64,000 nt of DNA, from positions 27,094,001 through 27,158,000 of the forward strand of contig OZ024743.1 in the NCBI GenBank assembly GCA_964016885.1, in the 5' to 3' direction. A model generated the notes under the pieces. It did not search any database. It was not told the DNA's origin and saw only the letters and a list, made by a program, of their open reading frames with translations. Both the position numbers and the translations under genes were made by a program. Positions 1 through 13,189 of the stretch are shown here, in pieces; position 1 is the first letter of the stretch, and each line of letters begins with the position of its first letter. The DNA comes from Eledone cirrhosa. Taxonomy: Eukaryota.

Positions 1-226
1 CTATGTTACCGTCAGGTTGTTGTCTAGCATGTTCGTATAGTACTGACCCGTTTTTTCGTCCTTTTAGTTCCCCCCAGTGTTGGTCTATCCTTTCACCTAT
101 GCTACGAGCTGTCTCACCTATGTATGTTGTTGTCATGTTTCTGCAAGTACCCTCCGTACATCTTATGCTATAGACTACGTTTCTAGTTTTACAGTTTATC
201 CGGGGGTTCACCTTACATATGATACA
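1..226 (-). mobile_element. Inverted copy of the GIY-YIG-coding 3' part of the adjacent Penelope-like element (cut by the window edge)
   Basis: 1-~226 is a near-perfect reverse complement of ~1954-2178. Inverted partial copies at the 5' end are typical of Penelope insertions. Confidence 0.85.
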
Positions 227-243
227 CGGATAAGTCTGGTAGG

Positions 244-2294
244 ATGTCAATAGATAGCATGCCGAACTACATCGAGGATATGCAACCCCACATCACCAAC
301 ACGAGCGAAATTGCACAACAAACACACGATGGGAGAGAGAAAATCCTCAATGCTCACATGATGATATGGACTGACATCCTAAAGCCAAGCAGACGCACTG
401 CCAACAACTTCCAGGCGTCTAACAATGGCATACCACCCTTGTATGGGCTCCGCAAAGACCACAAGACAGTCGACGACCCGACAACATGACCACCAACAAG
501 ACCCGTATGCGGAGCTAATATAGCTAGCAACTACAGGATCTCCTACTTCCTCTCAATGGTTATACGCCCCATAATCAAGATGTCCCCAGATGTATGTGAC
601 AGTACAGAGGACCTCCTCAGCAGAATCAGTGAGTGCAACAAAAACAGGAGCCTATCCAACTGCATAATAGGCAGCATGGATGTGGTGTCACTGTACCCAT
701 CCATTAACATTGATTTTGCTGTGAAAAGATGTGTGGAGATGATCATTGAGAGTGAGGTGGAGTTCTGTGCGACGTCGATACAGACGAACTGGGCCTCCTA
801 CTTAGACTTACCTACGACACTGACTACCTAGACAGCCATGACCTTAGATGTTTCTGCCCTAGTAGACCTATAAGAGGTAGACCCCCCACCATAACCTCAA
901 TAGCAAAAAAGACTCCCATGGGAAGGTGGATTGGGTGGACCAAAGCTATACGGACCCCCCAAAACAATGATCAGGTAAAAAAATGGTCGCACATGCAATA
1001 GGGGCTAGTATCAAAACTACCCTAAAGGGCCACATATTTAAGTTCAACGAGAAGATCTACACCCAAAATGAGGGAGCAGCCATCAGCGTCAACATAGCTG
1101 GTGATGTTGCCAACCATTTCATGGTATGGTGGGAAAGGAGACTTAAAGATCTCCTTAATGAGAGCTCCATAGACCTCATCATGTACTCTCGTTATGTAGA
1201 CGATATCAATATAGTTATAAGAACACCCCCACTAGAGAGCACTAACAAGTTTGATTTAGAACGTGGAAAGCATCCAGCAAATAGCTAATTCCATACACCA
1301 GAGTATAACTGTAACTATCGGCTTCTCTTCCAAACACCCTAACAATAGACTACCTGTATTAGACACAGAACTCTGGATTAACACTATAGACGAGAGAGCC
1401 CAAATTCTCCACTCACACTATGCTAAACCCATGGCCTCCAAATACCTGATACTCAAAAACTCAGCAATGTCCAGTAGTGCTAAGTTTAATATTCTGATCG
1501 CAGATTTGGTACGAGTGATGAAGAATGTGTCCCGCATGTGCGACCCAACAGAAATGGAAAGACACATCCAACACTTCATCAATCGCATGCAGTTCTCTGG
1601 CTACAACCAAAGAGACAGAGTCAGAGTATACGAAGGAGCCATGGAAAAGTATAAGACCCTCATAGAACTGGACATGAAAGGAATTTGCCCATTATACAGG
1701 AGCAAATCATGGAATAGCTTAGATAGGGCTAGACATAAGATAGGGAAAGCCACCTCATGGTACGACAACCAGAGATACCAGAGTGTCATGTTTGTGGACG
1801 CTACCCCTGGAAGGAAATTAGCTAACCAGTGTAGAATGGCCCTGAGAAAGACCCACTTAAAAATAAAGGTGGTAGAAAAGCCAAGAACCACCATAAAATC
1901 CCTGATCAGCAAAACCTACCCTTTTAAGAAAACCCACTGTACCAATAGGAAATGTATCATATGTAAGGTGAACCCCCGGATAAACTGTAAAACTAGAAAC
2001 GTAGTCTATAGCATAAGATGTACAGAGGGTACTTGCAGAAACATGACAACAACATACATAGGTGAGACAGCTCATAGCATAGGTGAAAGGATAGACCAAC
2101 ACTGGGGGGAACTAAAAGGACGAAAAAACGGGTCAGTACTATACGAACATGCTAGACAACAACATGACGGTAACATAGACAACATAGAAATTAGAATAAT
2201 ATCTAAACATAGAAATGACCCAGCAGATAGGCAAATGAGAGAGGCCAGTGAAATAGAAATTAGAAGACCAAGACTAAACAGAAAGAATGAATAG
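244..2294 (+). pseudogene. Disrupted Penelope RT-GIY-YIG polyprotein
   Basis: Split among ORFs 244-489, 556-831, 983-1288 and 1263-2294, with an in-frame TGA at 487 and frameshifts. Confidence 0.88.
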
Positions 2295-2584
2295 AATAAC
2301 AACAACACCCAAACAAACAACACTGACCTAAGAGAAGTATAAATAAGTAAATAAAATAAAATAAATAAATAAATAAATAAATACATACACAAGCACAATA
2401 ACAACAAACACATAAACACACACTAGTCACCCATCACACAGCAAACAAAACACTATACACACACGCAAACGCATGCGCAAAGAAGACAAAATAAAATAAA
2501 CAAACAAGCAAATAAATAAATAAATATATAGACAGACTGAATAAAAATGGCGTAGACATACAATACAACAAGAGGAAAATATAA

Positions 2585-2628
2585 CACCACTGACGATGTT
2601 GCAGATGTGCAACGAAAGATTTATGATA
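2585..2628 (+). ncRNA. Degenerate minimal hammerhead ribozyme in Penelope pLTR
   Basis: CTGACGA-t-gttgca/gatg/tgcaac-GAAA-gatt-TA. Helices I and III are imperfect. Same pLTR position as the intact motif at 14771. Confidence 0.6.
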
Positions 2629-2872
2629 AACTATATATATGTGTTTGTGTCTATATTGTATCTGTATTATTTTTGACCGTCAGTCAGTCAATGGCAACCT
2701 TGAGGACCGAGTAAGTTAGATTACCGATATAAAAGACACAGAAGCGAGAAGCGAAAACCAACCAAACAGTGCGTGTGTTCTGTTATTAATTCTGGCAATA
2801 TTACACAAATATGACCCTCCCCAAGTATAACAATATTTGTTTCGACACACGATTTCATATAAAAAACCTCGC

Positions 2873-2911
<39 letters not shown>

Positions 2912-3592
2912 TATATATTTAGAGAGAGAGATAGATAGATAGATTGATGAATGGATGGATGTTTGGATGGATGAGTAGAAATAAAGTATTGTTGTAATGC
3001 TCATTACTTCACTTCATCTCACCAACTTGTTTTCCTAAATAGTTTTGTAAACGAAGCATATTTTGAAAATGAAATTTTGAATAGATTGATTTTCTAATGT
3101 GCATATAACGATTATGTTGAAGAAATTTAATTTCTTTTGCTCTAAACTATACTTCGTTGTAATTACTTGTTATGGTAAAGAAGTAACAATATTTTCATTA
3201 CAGATTCATGAATCCATTAATTAAAGTTTACATTACTTTCGATCTGTAAGAACCTCATAAAATGTTACACTATTTACCGATGATAATGACATACATAGAT
3301 ATAGTTAGCTATAGAAGCCGACACACAAATAGACATTGATAAAGATAGATAAATTATTGATAGGCATATAGATATATTTCTTTATTTACCATAAAGGCAT
3401 ACAAAGAAGGGACAAATACAAAGGGGGAGTTTACATAAAACCGAGTAAAAAGGGTATAAAATGAAATAATCAAAAACAACCTCAAAAGGGAGGGGACGTG
3501 ATGGGGGTTGCACCCCCCCCCCCGAAAAAGTGTGCAATCCTTTGCCCGGGGAGCACATGGAGAAGGTGCTCCCCTCTCCTTCACTTCTTTAC

Positions 3593-6500
3593 CTACAGGA
3601 TGGTATACAGAGAAGGCCCATTTACACGAGCCATTCTCGACACTATCACCCACCTTTCATAAAACTGCATGTGGCCAAGCACCCCTCTCTCCATTCTTAT
3701 CCTTCTTCCGAAGTGATATCGGAAGAAATAGACCAGACTATGGCCAGAGAGGAAGTTGCCTGACCTCAGACCTTTCAATCGTGTCCACCAAAAACCTCTT
3801 TCAACATGGCTATTATAAACCGCCTTTGCTTCCTTTGTGAAGAGGGAAGACAGCTTGATTGTCATCACGGACTCGGCGGTCAATCGAATCAGCGCCACCC
3901 GCGACAGCAGTCGTTCGGCGTACCCCACAGATCAGCCATGCCCGGACAGTGCACCAATGCGTGCGCAACGGTTTCTTCGTGACGCACGCATCTAGGGCAA
4001 ATCTTTTTCGAGGGATCCCTTCCTGGGCGCCTGTGTCTGTAGAGCTTTTCTAGAACGGGTAGAGCCCCCCGGTAGCACTGCCAGGCCAGTGACTTCTGGA
4101 AGTTGTCCATTGGTCCCGGGCTGAAAGTCCTACCGAACAGGCTGGCCAGTTCGTCCTTTTCCATGTCCAGCGACTCTCCAAGGGTGTCATCGCCCCTGCT
4201 AGCCACCAGCCCTCTATAGAATGACGAGGTGGATTCTCCACCGATGGCCGGGTCCGCTTGCCAGAGAGCCCTGAGCGCCTGGGCACACTCAGTGTGCCAG
4301 TCGCCTAGTTTTCCGGATCTTTGCTTGACCCAGGACTGCAGCTCGGTGAGCGAGACGAGTCTCGGAAAGGCTCGTCTCACGAACGGAGCCCACACCGGTT
4401 GACCAGTGAAGAATACCTGTAGGTGCCGTAGCCTTAATGCGTGCCTACGCATCATCAACCACGGCATCCCCAGCCCTCCTTTCGAAGGTTGTTGGCAGCA
4501 GATGGATCTCACCATAGGAGGGCGCTTTTTCTAAAGAAATTGAAAGAGCATACGTTCCATGGTGGTGAGTGTTTCCTTAGGGCAAGGCACGACAGTCAGG
4601 CGGTAGTAGGTGACGGACGCTATGTAAATGTTCGCCACCTTCGCCCGACCTTTCAGGGACAGCTTACACTTGGCCCATTTCTGGGTCAGTGCAAACACCT
4701 TGCTCGTAACCTCGCCCCAGTTCTTTTCCACCTGGAGGTCCGGTCCAAACCAGACCCCAAGCAAGTTCACCGGGCCCTCCGTCCAGTGTCCGACGACACC
4801 GTCGGGAGGCATCGGTCTGCCTCTCCACGTTCCGAGTTGCAGGCCAATGGATTTTTCCCGGTTCAGTTTCGCTCCTGGAAACCTTTCGTATTCCTCCAGT
4901 AAGGTGCCGATCGCCTCGATCTCCGAGTCGGTCGATACCATTACTGTCACGTCATCGGCGTAGGCCAACGCCGCTTTGCTCAATCCTGGTTCCAGGGGTA
5001 TACCCTGCAACAACTCCAACTTCCTCAGTAAAGGCTCGAGAGTCAATACGTACAGAAGGGAGGAGAGAGGGCACCCCTGTCGAATGGATCGTGTGATTTC
5101 GAACGGCTTCGAAAGGTAGCCGTTCACCTTGATCCTAGAACAGATGTGGTTGCTATGTAAGGCAGTGATCCAGCCTCTGAAAACAGGACCGAACCCAGCC
5201 GCCGCTAGCACCGCATCCAGGTAACCATGGTCGACCCTATCGAACGCCCTAGACTGATCCAAGTTGATCAGGGCCCCACCGAAGCCGGGTTTGTTGCCAA
5301 CCCTCACTATGATGTATCGCATGAGGTGGAGGTTGTCGTGAATGGACCTGGATGGGATAGCACATGTCTGCGCATCTCCCACCAGGCTACCCACGACAAG
5401 CGCCAATCTCTTTGCTAACACATTGGCCAAAATCATTAACTCTGTGTTTAGCAGGGTTATGGGCCGAAAATTATTTATACTATCCCCCTTGTTCTCGTCC
5501 TTCCTCACCAGCGAGACTACGCCCTTGGCTACAGAACAAGGAATTCTCCCGTTCTGCTGCCAATTGCAGTAGACTGCTTCGAGGAGTTCGGAGAAGAAGA
5601 CCGGCATTGCCAAATAAAGTTCGTAAGTTATACCATCGAGACCTGGAGATTTGCGTTTGCTGCATTGGCTCAGCGCATCCCCGATCTCATCAGCCGAGAT
5701 TGGTCACTCGCAGGATTCTGCCTCTTCGCTCGAGAGACGCGGCAGGCCGTCGAGGTATGGACCGAAATCCACGTCCCAGCCCGGACCCCCGCCTCCCCCG
5801 AACAATCGGGCAAAGTGCCTTTGAAAGGCCTCGCACATCTGCTTAGGCTCCCGGATCACCCGTCCATCCTCGTCTTGCAAAGACCGGATGGTGGATCGAT
5901 TTCCACTCTTAGCTTCTGTCACGCGGGCCCAGCCAACGGCTTTGGCCCCCTCATTACCTAGAGCACGTATTTTACTTCGAATGACGCAGTCTTCGTGCTT
6001 TGCATCGAAAAACTGGCTCAAGGCCGTCCTCGATGCCAGCACCCTGGCCACATCTTCGCTCTTGATTGGCTCTTCTAATTTACCTGTTAATTCTTTCTCG
6101 TTCCTATTCCTATCGGCAGCTAACATCTTGCTATAACGTATTCATTCTATTCTAATCTCTCTTTTGAGAGATGCCCACCATCGGTTGTTGACGATTGCAC
6201 CCGTCAACCTCTCCTTAACTAATCTGCTAATTCGGTCTCTGTAAGCCTCTTTTGCCGGTAAAGTCAAATTAAGTTTCCAGTACCCGGGACCCTGTCTATG
6301 TGTTCTCTCAAGGTTGACTACGCAGGTCACTAATTTGTGATCTGTATAGCCAACCGTGAGCATTTCTGGACAGCTTAAAATGTCCCTATCCTTACTTCTA
6401 ACTAAGAATCTATCTAAGTACGATCTAGATTGACCACTGTGGTTCGTCCAAGTCCAGGTTGGCACAGTTGGAAAAGCTAGTCGATATCTATCGACCAAGT

Positions 6501-7017
6501 TAAAACGGTCGAGTAACCCCTTGAGGCTGTTACACTCCCCTCTATTAGGACATGCTCCTGCATAGTCCCAACGTGCATCTAGTATGTCATTCCAGTCCCC
6601 CGCTAGAAGCAGGGAACGCGACGTTCCCAGAAAAGTCTCCAGACGCTGGAAGAAGTCGGGCCGTTCAGCTCCGAAAGGGGAGTAGACGGCGACCAGTCTC
6701 AAGGCCGCACCCCCACTACTGCCAACGTCTAGCACCAACAAACGACCTTCCGGGTCCGAGTGAACAACCTGTACGGCGAGACCCAGGTGTTTTTCCAGCA
6801 GTACGACAACCCCACCCCCACCTCCAGGTTGACAGAGAGATGCGTGCACCTCAAAGTCATCGAAGGTAGAGGCCAGCTGCCACACGACGCTGATCCGAGT
6901 CTCACAGATAACCATTACATTTATACCACGTGACCTGAGGTCATTTAGAAGCTTTGCTTGCTTCCAAGTTGAGCCCAGGCCTCGTGCATTCAAACATCCT
7001 ACTCTTAACACATCCAT
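3593..7017 (-). pseudogene. Tx1 ORF2 (APE-RT-zinc finger), frameshifted
   Basis: ORFs 6142-7017, 5704-6126, 4531-5613, 3889-4515 and 3593-3928. Confidence 0.92.
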
Positions 7018-7050
7018 GTGGGCGGCAAAGCCAAGGAAGAGTGTAGAGAC

Positions 7051-8927
7051 CTACCTTTCTGCTTCCCGGGGTTCGGGTCGCACGACTTCCATGGGGTCGG
7101 GGGTGTTGGGTGACGGGGTGTCTTGTGGTGGTGTGGGGTCGTCAGTGTGTGGTGGGGTTGGGGTGTTTGGAGTTGTGTTGGGGAGGGGAAGGGGAGGGGG
7201 AAAGCTTTTTAGGAGGGCGCGGTTTATGGGTTTGACAGAGGGTGGTCCTACGTCCTCCTTAAAATCCTTTTTTAGTTTTTGGTATAGGTTCATTGGGATC
7301 TTTATTAATTTTAAATGTGGGTAGTTTTCTGAAGAAACAAAGTTTACCTCTTCGGTTTGTACCGAAGGGTTATTGTTTATGAGTTCATTTAATTTATTAT
7401 TGTTTCTGTTGATATAAGTATAGTTTAATGTCTTTTTTTCGGATGGTGTGAGTGTTTCGAAGAGGGGAGGGGCAGGTTTGGTTTTGTTTGTTGCTGGAGG
7501 GGTGTTTTGTATTTTCTTGGATTGTGTTGACATTTGGGTAGGGGCTGTTTGGCCTTGTGTGTTTATCACATGTTTTCTTTTTTTCCTTTTAATCTGTCTG
7601 AAGGACTCCGTTTCTTCCTCCGAATTCGTTGGGTTATCTTCAGTGTTGGAGGGAAGAGGTATGTTTACTGGTAGTGTTTCCGTGTTAGTTTTCTTTGTGG
7701 GGGAGATGGATGTCACTATGTTAGACTGTGTTGTGGCTGCGGTGGTTGTGTTGTTTTATTGAGTGAGGGGTTGGGTGGGACTGTGTTTTGTTTTTGGGTA
7801 ATGTGTTGTGTCTGTTTGTGCTGTGGTGGTAGTGTAGTTTTACTGAGGGACGAGTTGGGTGGGACTGAGTTTTGTTGTTTGTTTATCTGTTGTGGTGGTG
7901 GTGGAGCTGGTGTTGGTAGCAGGGTTTTCTTCTTGTTGAGTTGGGGACAAGCCGCCTTCAGGTGCCCTCTGCCTGCACAGATATGACTGGACGGCCTTCT
8001 CCCCTCCACGCTAATGTTTATATACCCGTGGCCCTCTAATTGGATTCTGTCGGGTATTTGGGCAATGCGTTCAGGCTTCATTTGCACTAGAAGTTCTATA
8101 CCTGTTCCACTGAACGCATTGCCTCTGGTTTTCCCAATGGAAATCACGTTGTCATTCGCTGGATCGATGAAGCCAGCTATGAGCCAGCAGTAGTCCATAT
8201 CTGGCATCATTGCATCCAGCCATATGCGCTGAGTTCTTTTAACCATATAAGATGGATAAAAGGTAAAACTTGTCGAACGAATCGGCGACAAAGCATATTT
8301 TTTTGCCGCCGATTCGTTGTTCATAATAATGGCTAGGCTTCCATAGAGCCTGTCTCTTCTTATGAAAGTGGCTTCATTAAGTACTTCTCTAAGTACCGCT
8401 TTAATTTCTGCTTGTGTTGGTTGTTGTGGCTTTTTTGAGATGCTGTTGATGGTGCGGAAAACGACCGTCCGACTTTCAATATCTTTGGTGAGTTCTTGGG
8501 GCATTTTTACTGACAAGGCTCTATTTTCCCCTTGAGTTATGAATTGTTTGGCGTTTTTTATTCTTTGTGCCACATCTGAAATATTTTCAGGTATGTATGT
8601 TAAAGATTTTTTTGTTGTTTGTGCAAATGAGATATTATTGGTGTTGACTTTGTCGTCTGTTTTGCTTTCTGTTATGATGTTGCTGTTTTCAAATGTTATT
8701 TTTGTGTTTGTTGTTTCTTTGTTTGTGGTATTAATATTGTCATGCAATTCTTTCATATTTTTTTTGTTGTTGGAATCAATCTCCAGACCTGTGTCCTCGT
8801 CGACATTTTTCTCCGCACATTCGTCTGTTTTTATTTTATTTTCTCTTTCCTTCTCTATGACGTTAGTTGGGAAGGAAGTGGGACTAAAGCGTGCGAGCTT
8901 ACAACTCTTACCGCTGTCCCCCACCAC
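7051..8927 (-). pseudogene. Tx1 ORF1 (gag-like, CCHC knuckle, Pro/Gln/Thr-rich C-terminus), frameshifted near 7720
   Basis: ORFs 7716-8927 and 7051-7716 together match ORF 57204-58676. Confidence 0.85.
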
Positions 8928-9198
8928 TATTTTCGTTAGCTTCGTTTAACATTTCTCCCAGACGATTGAAATTTTATGCAACAAAATTTTTAAAAACAGG
9001 TTTTTCACCCCTGGGAGGGGCGAAAATGAGCTGACCCACCGCCTGACAGTTCAGACGGGTGGTCAAGCTACACAATAGTATCAAAATTAAAATTAAACTT
9101 ACAAAATTTCCGCAATAAATTGGAACAAAACTTCTGCGCGAAGTGAATTACGTCTACGCTATCGAACAGACGACAACCAGATAGACAAATAGATCGAC

Positions 9199-9248
<50 letters not shown>

Positions 9249-9388
9249 ATTGACGGACCCAGCATATTTATCAATGCCAGTACCGGTTGTATCTCAGCGC
9301 ACTCAATGGGCAATGTAAGATACATTACCAGAGTATACTCATAGTTATTTGCCTCAACACAACACACGATATACAGAGAGATAGATAG

Positions 9389-9509
<121 letters not shown>

Positions 9510-10360
9510 GATAGATACAGATAGATAGACAAACATAGTTAGTGAGATGTAGAGAAATACTCCGTGATATTATAATGCTTATAACTACACTCCTATCCCG
9601 ACTGTTATTATTTTCATAACTGTCTTAATGAAGCGCATTTTAAAGAAATTGTAGATTACGTTTATATTAAAGAAATTTAAATTCTCTTTGCTCTTAACTG
9701 TACTTTGTTATGATTACATGGAAATGAAGAAGGCAACAATAGTTTCATTCTTATTTTATACTTCAATTCTTTACTATGCTTCAATTTTCATTACTTTCGA
9801 TCTGTATTTGTAAGTAGATTAAAAAAAAATCTTAGAAAAACTGCCTCCATGCTTTCCAATTTACACGTTATAATGAATAATATCTAGCAAGATAATTACA
9901 GAAGCGTAATATTATTTCTACAACGATGAATTGCAAAAATTAAATAAACAAAATTTCGATATATATAAATATCAAAAATATAATCGGTATACAAACATTC
10001 GAAAACTTAAAAATTCCATTAAAGATTACGCATTTTAAAAACAATTATGAGGAAATAAATTCGGAGGGGCACACAATTGTATTTATGTGAGAGAGTCTAA
10101 CTTCCATTATAAATAAACAGGCATAAATAGATAGAGAGGCATGCAAACAGATAAATAGACAGTTAAGTATACAAACAGACAAATAGATACACATAGATAG
10201 AAAGGCTGATTGAAAGATAGATAGATATAGAGTTGTCAGGATATCAAAGAAAAGGCCTCGGTATTTGTTCCATCTACTGTGCTCTCAGTTCAAATCATGC
10301 CTAGGGAAACTTTACCTTTCAAACTGTGCCTTTCATCGAAGTTAATAAATAAAGTAGGAA

Positions 10361-10760
10361 GAGGCTATGTAGCCGGTCCCCGTAAAATAGATCCCCAGGC
10401 TATGTAGCCGGTAAGAGTGTCAGACACCATGTGTTACGGTCTGAGTTAAGACAATTTGAAATCTTTTCCACCATCAATTGTTAAAAACAAGTTAAAATCA
10501 TTTAGTCCTCCATTCGTCACGTACGTTACTCTTTAGTTACATACACATACAGCTACACGTAAATACATAAACAGATACAGACAACAGAAGTGCCCCCCCC
10601 CCCCCACACACACACTTCTACTCAAACATATTCATAAATAGACACATTATACAAAATTATTACATTCACACATCTGTGAATGATTGAGGAAGGAAGGGAC
10701 TGGTGAAACAGTATAGCGAAATGTGTTGCGTCCCTGTAGGGTTTACCGGCTACATTGCCT
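10361..10760. mobile_element. Possible MITE
   Basis: aggctatgtagccggtaa (~10397, partial duplicate at 10361) is inverted to ttaccggctacattgcct (~10743) with 1 mismatch. Interior is non-coding. Confidence 0.4.
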
Positions 10761-11131
10761 ATTCGAATAAAGTATTAGATAGGGGCGATTATTTCTCTCT
10801 CTCACTCACTAGAAGGATTTGGCTGTGCTCTAACCTGGAAAGAGATGCACTCAGCCAGATTTAAAATGCCTAAGACATACTGTGTACCACAACAACGCCA
10901 CTATAATTCCATTATGATTTAAATGGCATTTCTTTCTTTTCTATAGAGAGAGAGGAAGATAAAGAGTCGGCAGACGGAGACCCGAAAATAGAAATTTACT
11001 CCTGCATATATGCTAACTTGGATTCGTACTCCGTCTCAGTTTATCTAAGTTTCATTGCGCATGCTGTGACAGACAGGCAAACGGAGAAACAACATCTCTT
11101 TTATAGATTCTCTCTCTCTTTCTCTCTCTCT

Positions 11132-11180
<49 letters not shown>

Positions 11181-11357
11181 AATGGAAACTATATTTATAA
11201 AACCATATTTATTTCATTATACATATTTCAAAGACACCAAAGCAAATTATGGTGCGCTTTCATCACATAAAATATAATATACCCGGGAGCTTCCAACCGA
11301 CATGGTCGCATTCTTTAAGGGTATGTCAATATTTGTTTATAAAACTGATCTATATTA

Positions 11358-11423
11358 TATTTGATCTGATGAAAGCGCACCATAATTTGCTTTGGTGTCC
11401 CTTGAAATATGTATAATGAAATA
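11358..11423 (+). ncRNA. Minimal hammerhead ribozyme (family H1), with a mutated mirror copy on the - strand at ~11210-11275
   Basis: atttgat-CTGATGA-aagcgcacca...tggtgtccctt-GAAA-tatgta-TA-atgaaat. Arms ~11178-11280 and ~11352-11454 are inverted repeats. Confidence 0.7.
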
Positions 11424-11552
11424 AATATGGTTTTATAAATATAGTTTCCATTTGTTAATATATTGTATTTTTACTCCAAAAATTTGTTGAGTGCTTTATA
11501 TCAGTTATAAAAATATTTGCTTGTTGTATCCCAACAAATTAAATATAACTTC

Positions 11553-11638
<86 letters not shown>

Positions 11639-11870
11639 AGCTTGAAGAACAGTCAGACAAAATATATCCAATTTTTCTCTTCCTTAGTCTGTAGAAATTA
11701 ACTAGACATAAATTCTTCTAGCAATGAACCTACTCGCCAACCGGCCTACGTTCACAACCTTCTACTTTGACCGCTGGCCAGGTGATGTATTTCACCCCTT
11801 TTGAATTGATTTCTGGCGGCGAACACTTTAGAAATTTTAGTCCTAAGCGAGGGAGTTTTTTGAAAAGCTC

Positions 11871-11927
<57 letters not shown>

Positions 11928-12107
11928 TTAATATATTAACAGAGAAAGCTTTAAGCGATACTTCGACCGACATCCATCTCACTCAACAAACCTTAGGATA
12001 TACCTGAGTATAATCCCAATTATATGTTTGGGGTGCTAACTATATTGTATTTCGCAGATAGCCGGTTGTATTATTTTATATGAGACATAATTAAATACAT
12101 CTCTCCT

Positions 12108-12229
12108 TCCAGACGATCGTTTCGTTATAAGTTTTCTACAAATTGGGAAAATAATGTCCAGGTTATGTAGAAGCCTGCATATAGTCCATAGGTATACATG
12201 CAGGTGGGCACTTTTAACTCATCAGTGGA
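12108..12229 (-). ncRNA. Hammerhead ribozyme with a large branched insert in helix II
   Basis: Reverse complement: tcca-CTGATGA-gttaaaagt...[two hairpins]...acttataac-GAAA-cgatcg-TC-tgga. GUC cleavage triplet and palindromic helix III. Confidence 0.8.
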
Positions 12230-12629
12230 TGCCCAGCAATATCAATATAAAAAACCATACTGATATAAATATTCAGCGATGGTCCCCGTCAGTCCTAGAA
12301 CGACCGCGAAATTTGAAATTCCAGCAGTCTCTCAAAAAGAAATTCCACACTGTTCCCAAACGGGAAGAGGAGGTCATCGTAAAACATAAAATAATATATA
12401 CGCAGGTCAATTAATTCTGTCATGAATTTTAACCACGCGTGAAGAACTCAATTGGATATTAAAAAAATAAATATATGTATGTATTATTTATACACACACA
12501 GAGGTATTTTCTCAGGCAAAATCGGACATGAGATTCAGGAAAAACTATCAATATTTCATATAAAGAATAAATAAATAAAGTCATACCTTGATATCTGGAA
12601 TTTTCATATCCGGCCATTTAAGAGTATTA

Positions 12630-12985
12630 TCTTTATATATATAAAAGCGAGGATGTATGTGTGTCTGTGTACAACTTTGGATACCTAAGGCTTTTACAAT
12701 TACCAACCGAATTTGACCAAATTTTCTGTGCGCATTGCACAGGTCGCTAAGATGGTCACATCACAAAGAATTTTTCAATCGACCCACATTGAGCAATAAA
12801 AAATCGATATCAAAATTATCGGTAGCAAAATTGATGTAAGGGAGATAACCAACTTTATTGACAATCCTTATGAAGAGACTGCTTATTTTGACAAGTTGTT
12901 GACAAATAATGTTCTTCTTTTACTTCCTAGCTGTATATTCTTAGCATAATTTCAAACCCCGAGCAACGCCGGGTAAATCTGCTAG
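12630..12985 (+). mobile_element. Non-autonomous Helitron
   Basis: Starts with TC after A. Ends with subterminal hairpin cccgagcaacgccggg then CTAG followed by T. No TSD or TIR. Confidence 0.75.
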
Positions 12986-13123
12986 TACTTAATACATTAA
13001 CAGAGAAAGCTTTAAGCGATACTCCGACCGACATCCATCTCACTCAACAAACCTTAGGATATACCTGAGTATAATCCCAATTATATGTTTGGGGTGCTAA
13101 CTATATTGTATTTCGCAGATAGC

Positions 13124-13185
<62 letters not shown>

Positions 13186-13189
<4 letters not shown>

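Larger units (their letters stand above)
227..2878 (+). mobile_element. Penelope-like retroelement (RT + C-terminal GIY-YIG), 5'-truncated and frameshifted, with 3' pLTR ending in (TA)n
   Basis: ORF pieces LYGLRKDHK, IGSMDVVSLYPSI, YSRYVDD, CTNRKCIIC linker and VVYSIRC...YIGET...GERIDQH (GIY-YIG). Hammerhead-like motif in the pLTR. Confidence 0.9.
3372..9175 (-). mobile_element. Near full-length L1/Tx1-clade non-LTR retrotransposon, subfamily A copy 1
   Basis: 5'UTR, ORF1 with zinc knuckle (SHICAGRGHLKAAC), ORF2 with APE (CLNARGL, AGDWN, SYLDRF, YTDH), RT (LDQSRAFD, RQGCPLS, AYADD) and C-terminal CxxC...HxxxxC. 3'UTR ends AATAAAGAAA. Highly similar to 56631-62329. Confidence 0.95.

Noticed and set aside
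487-489. In-frame TGA in the Penelope ORF as selenocysteine
   Set aside because: It precedes PPTRPVCGA where Gly (GGA) is the likely original residue, and the copy has other disabling lesions.
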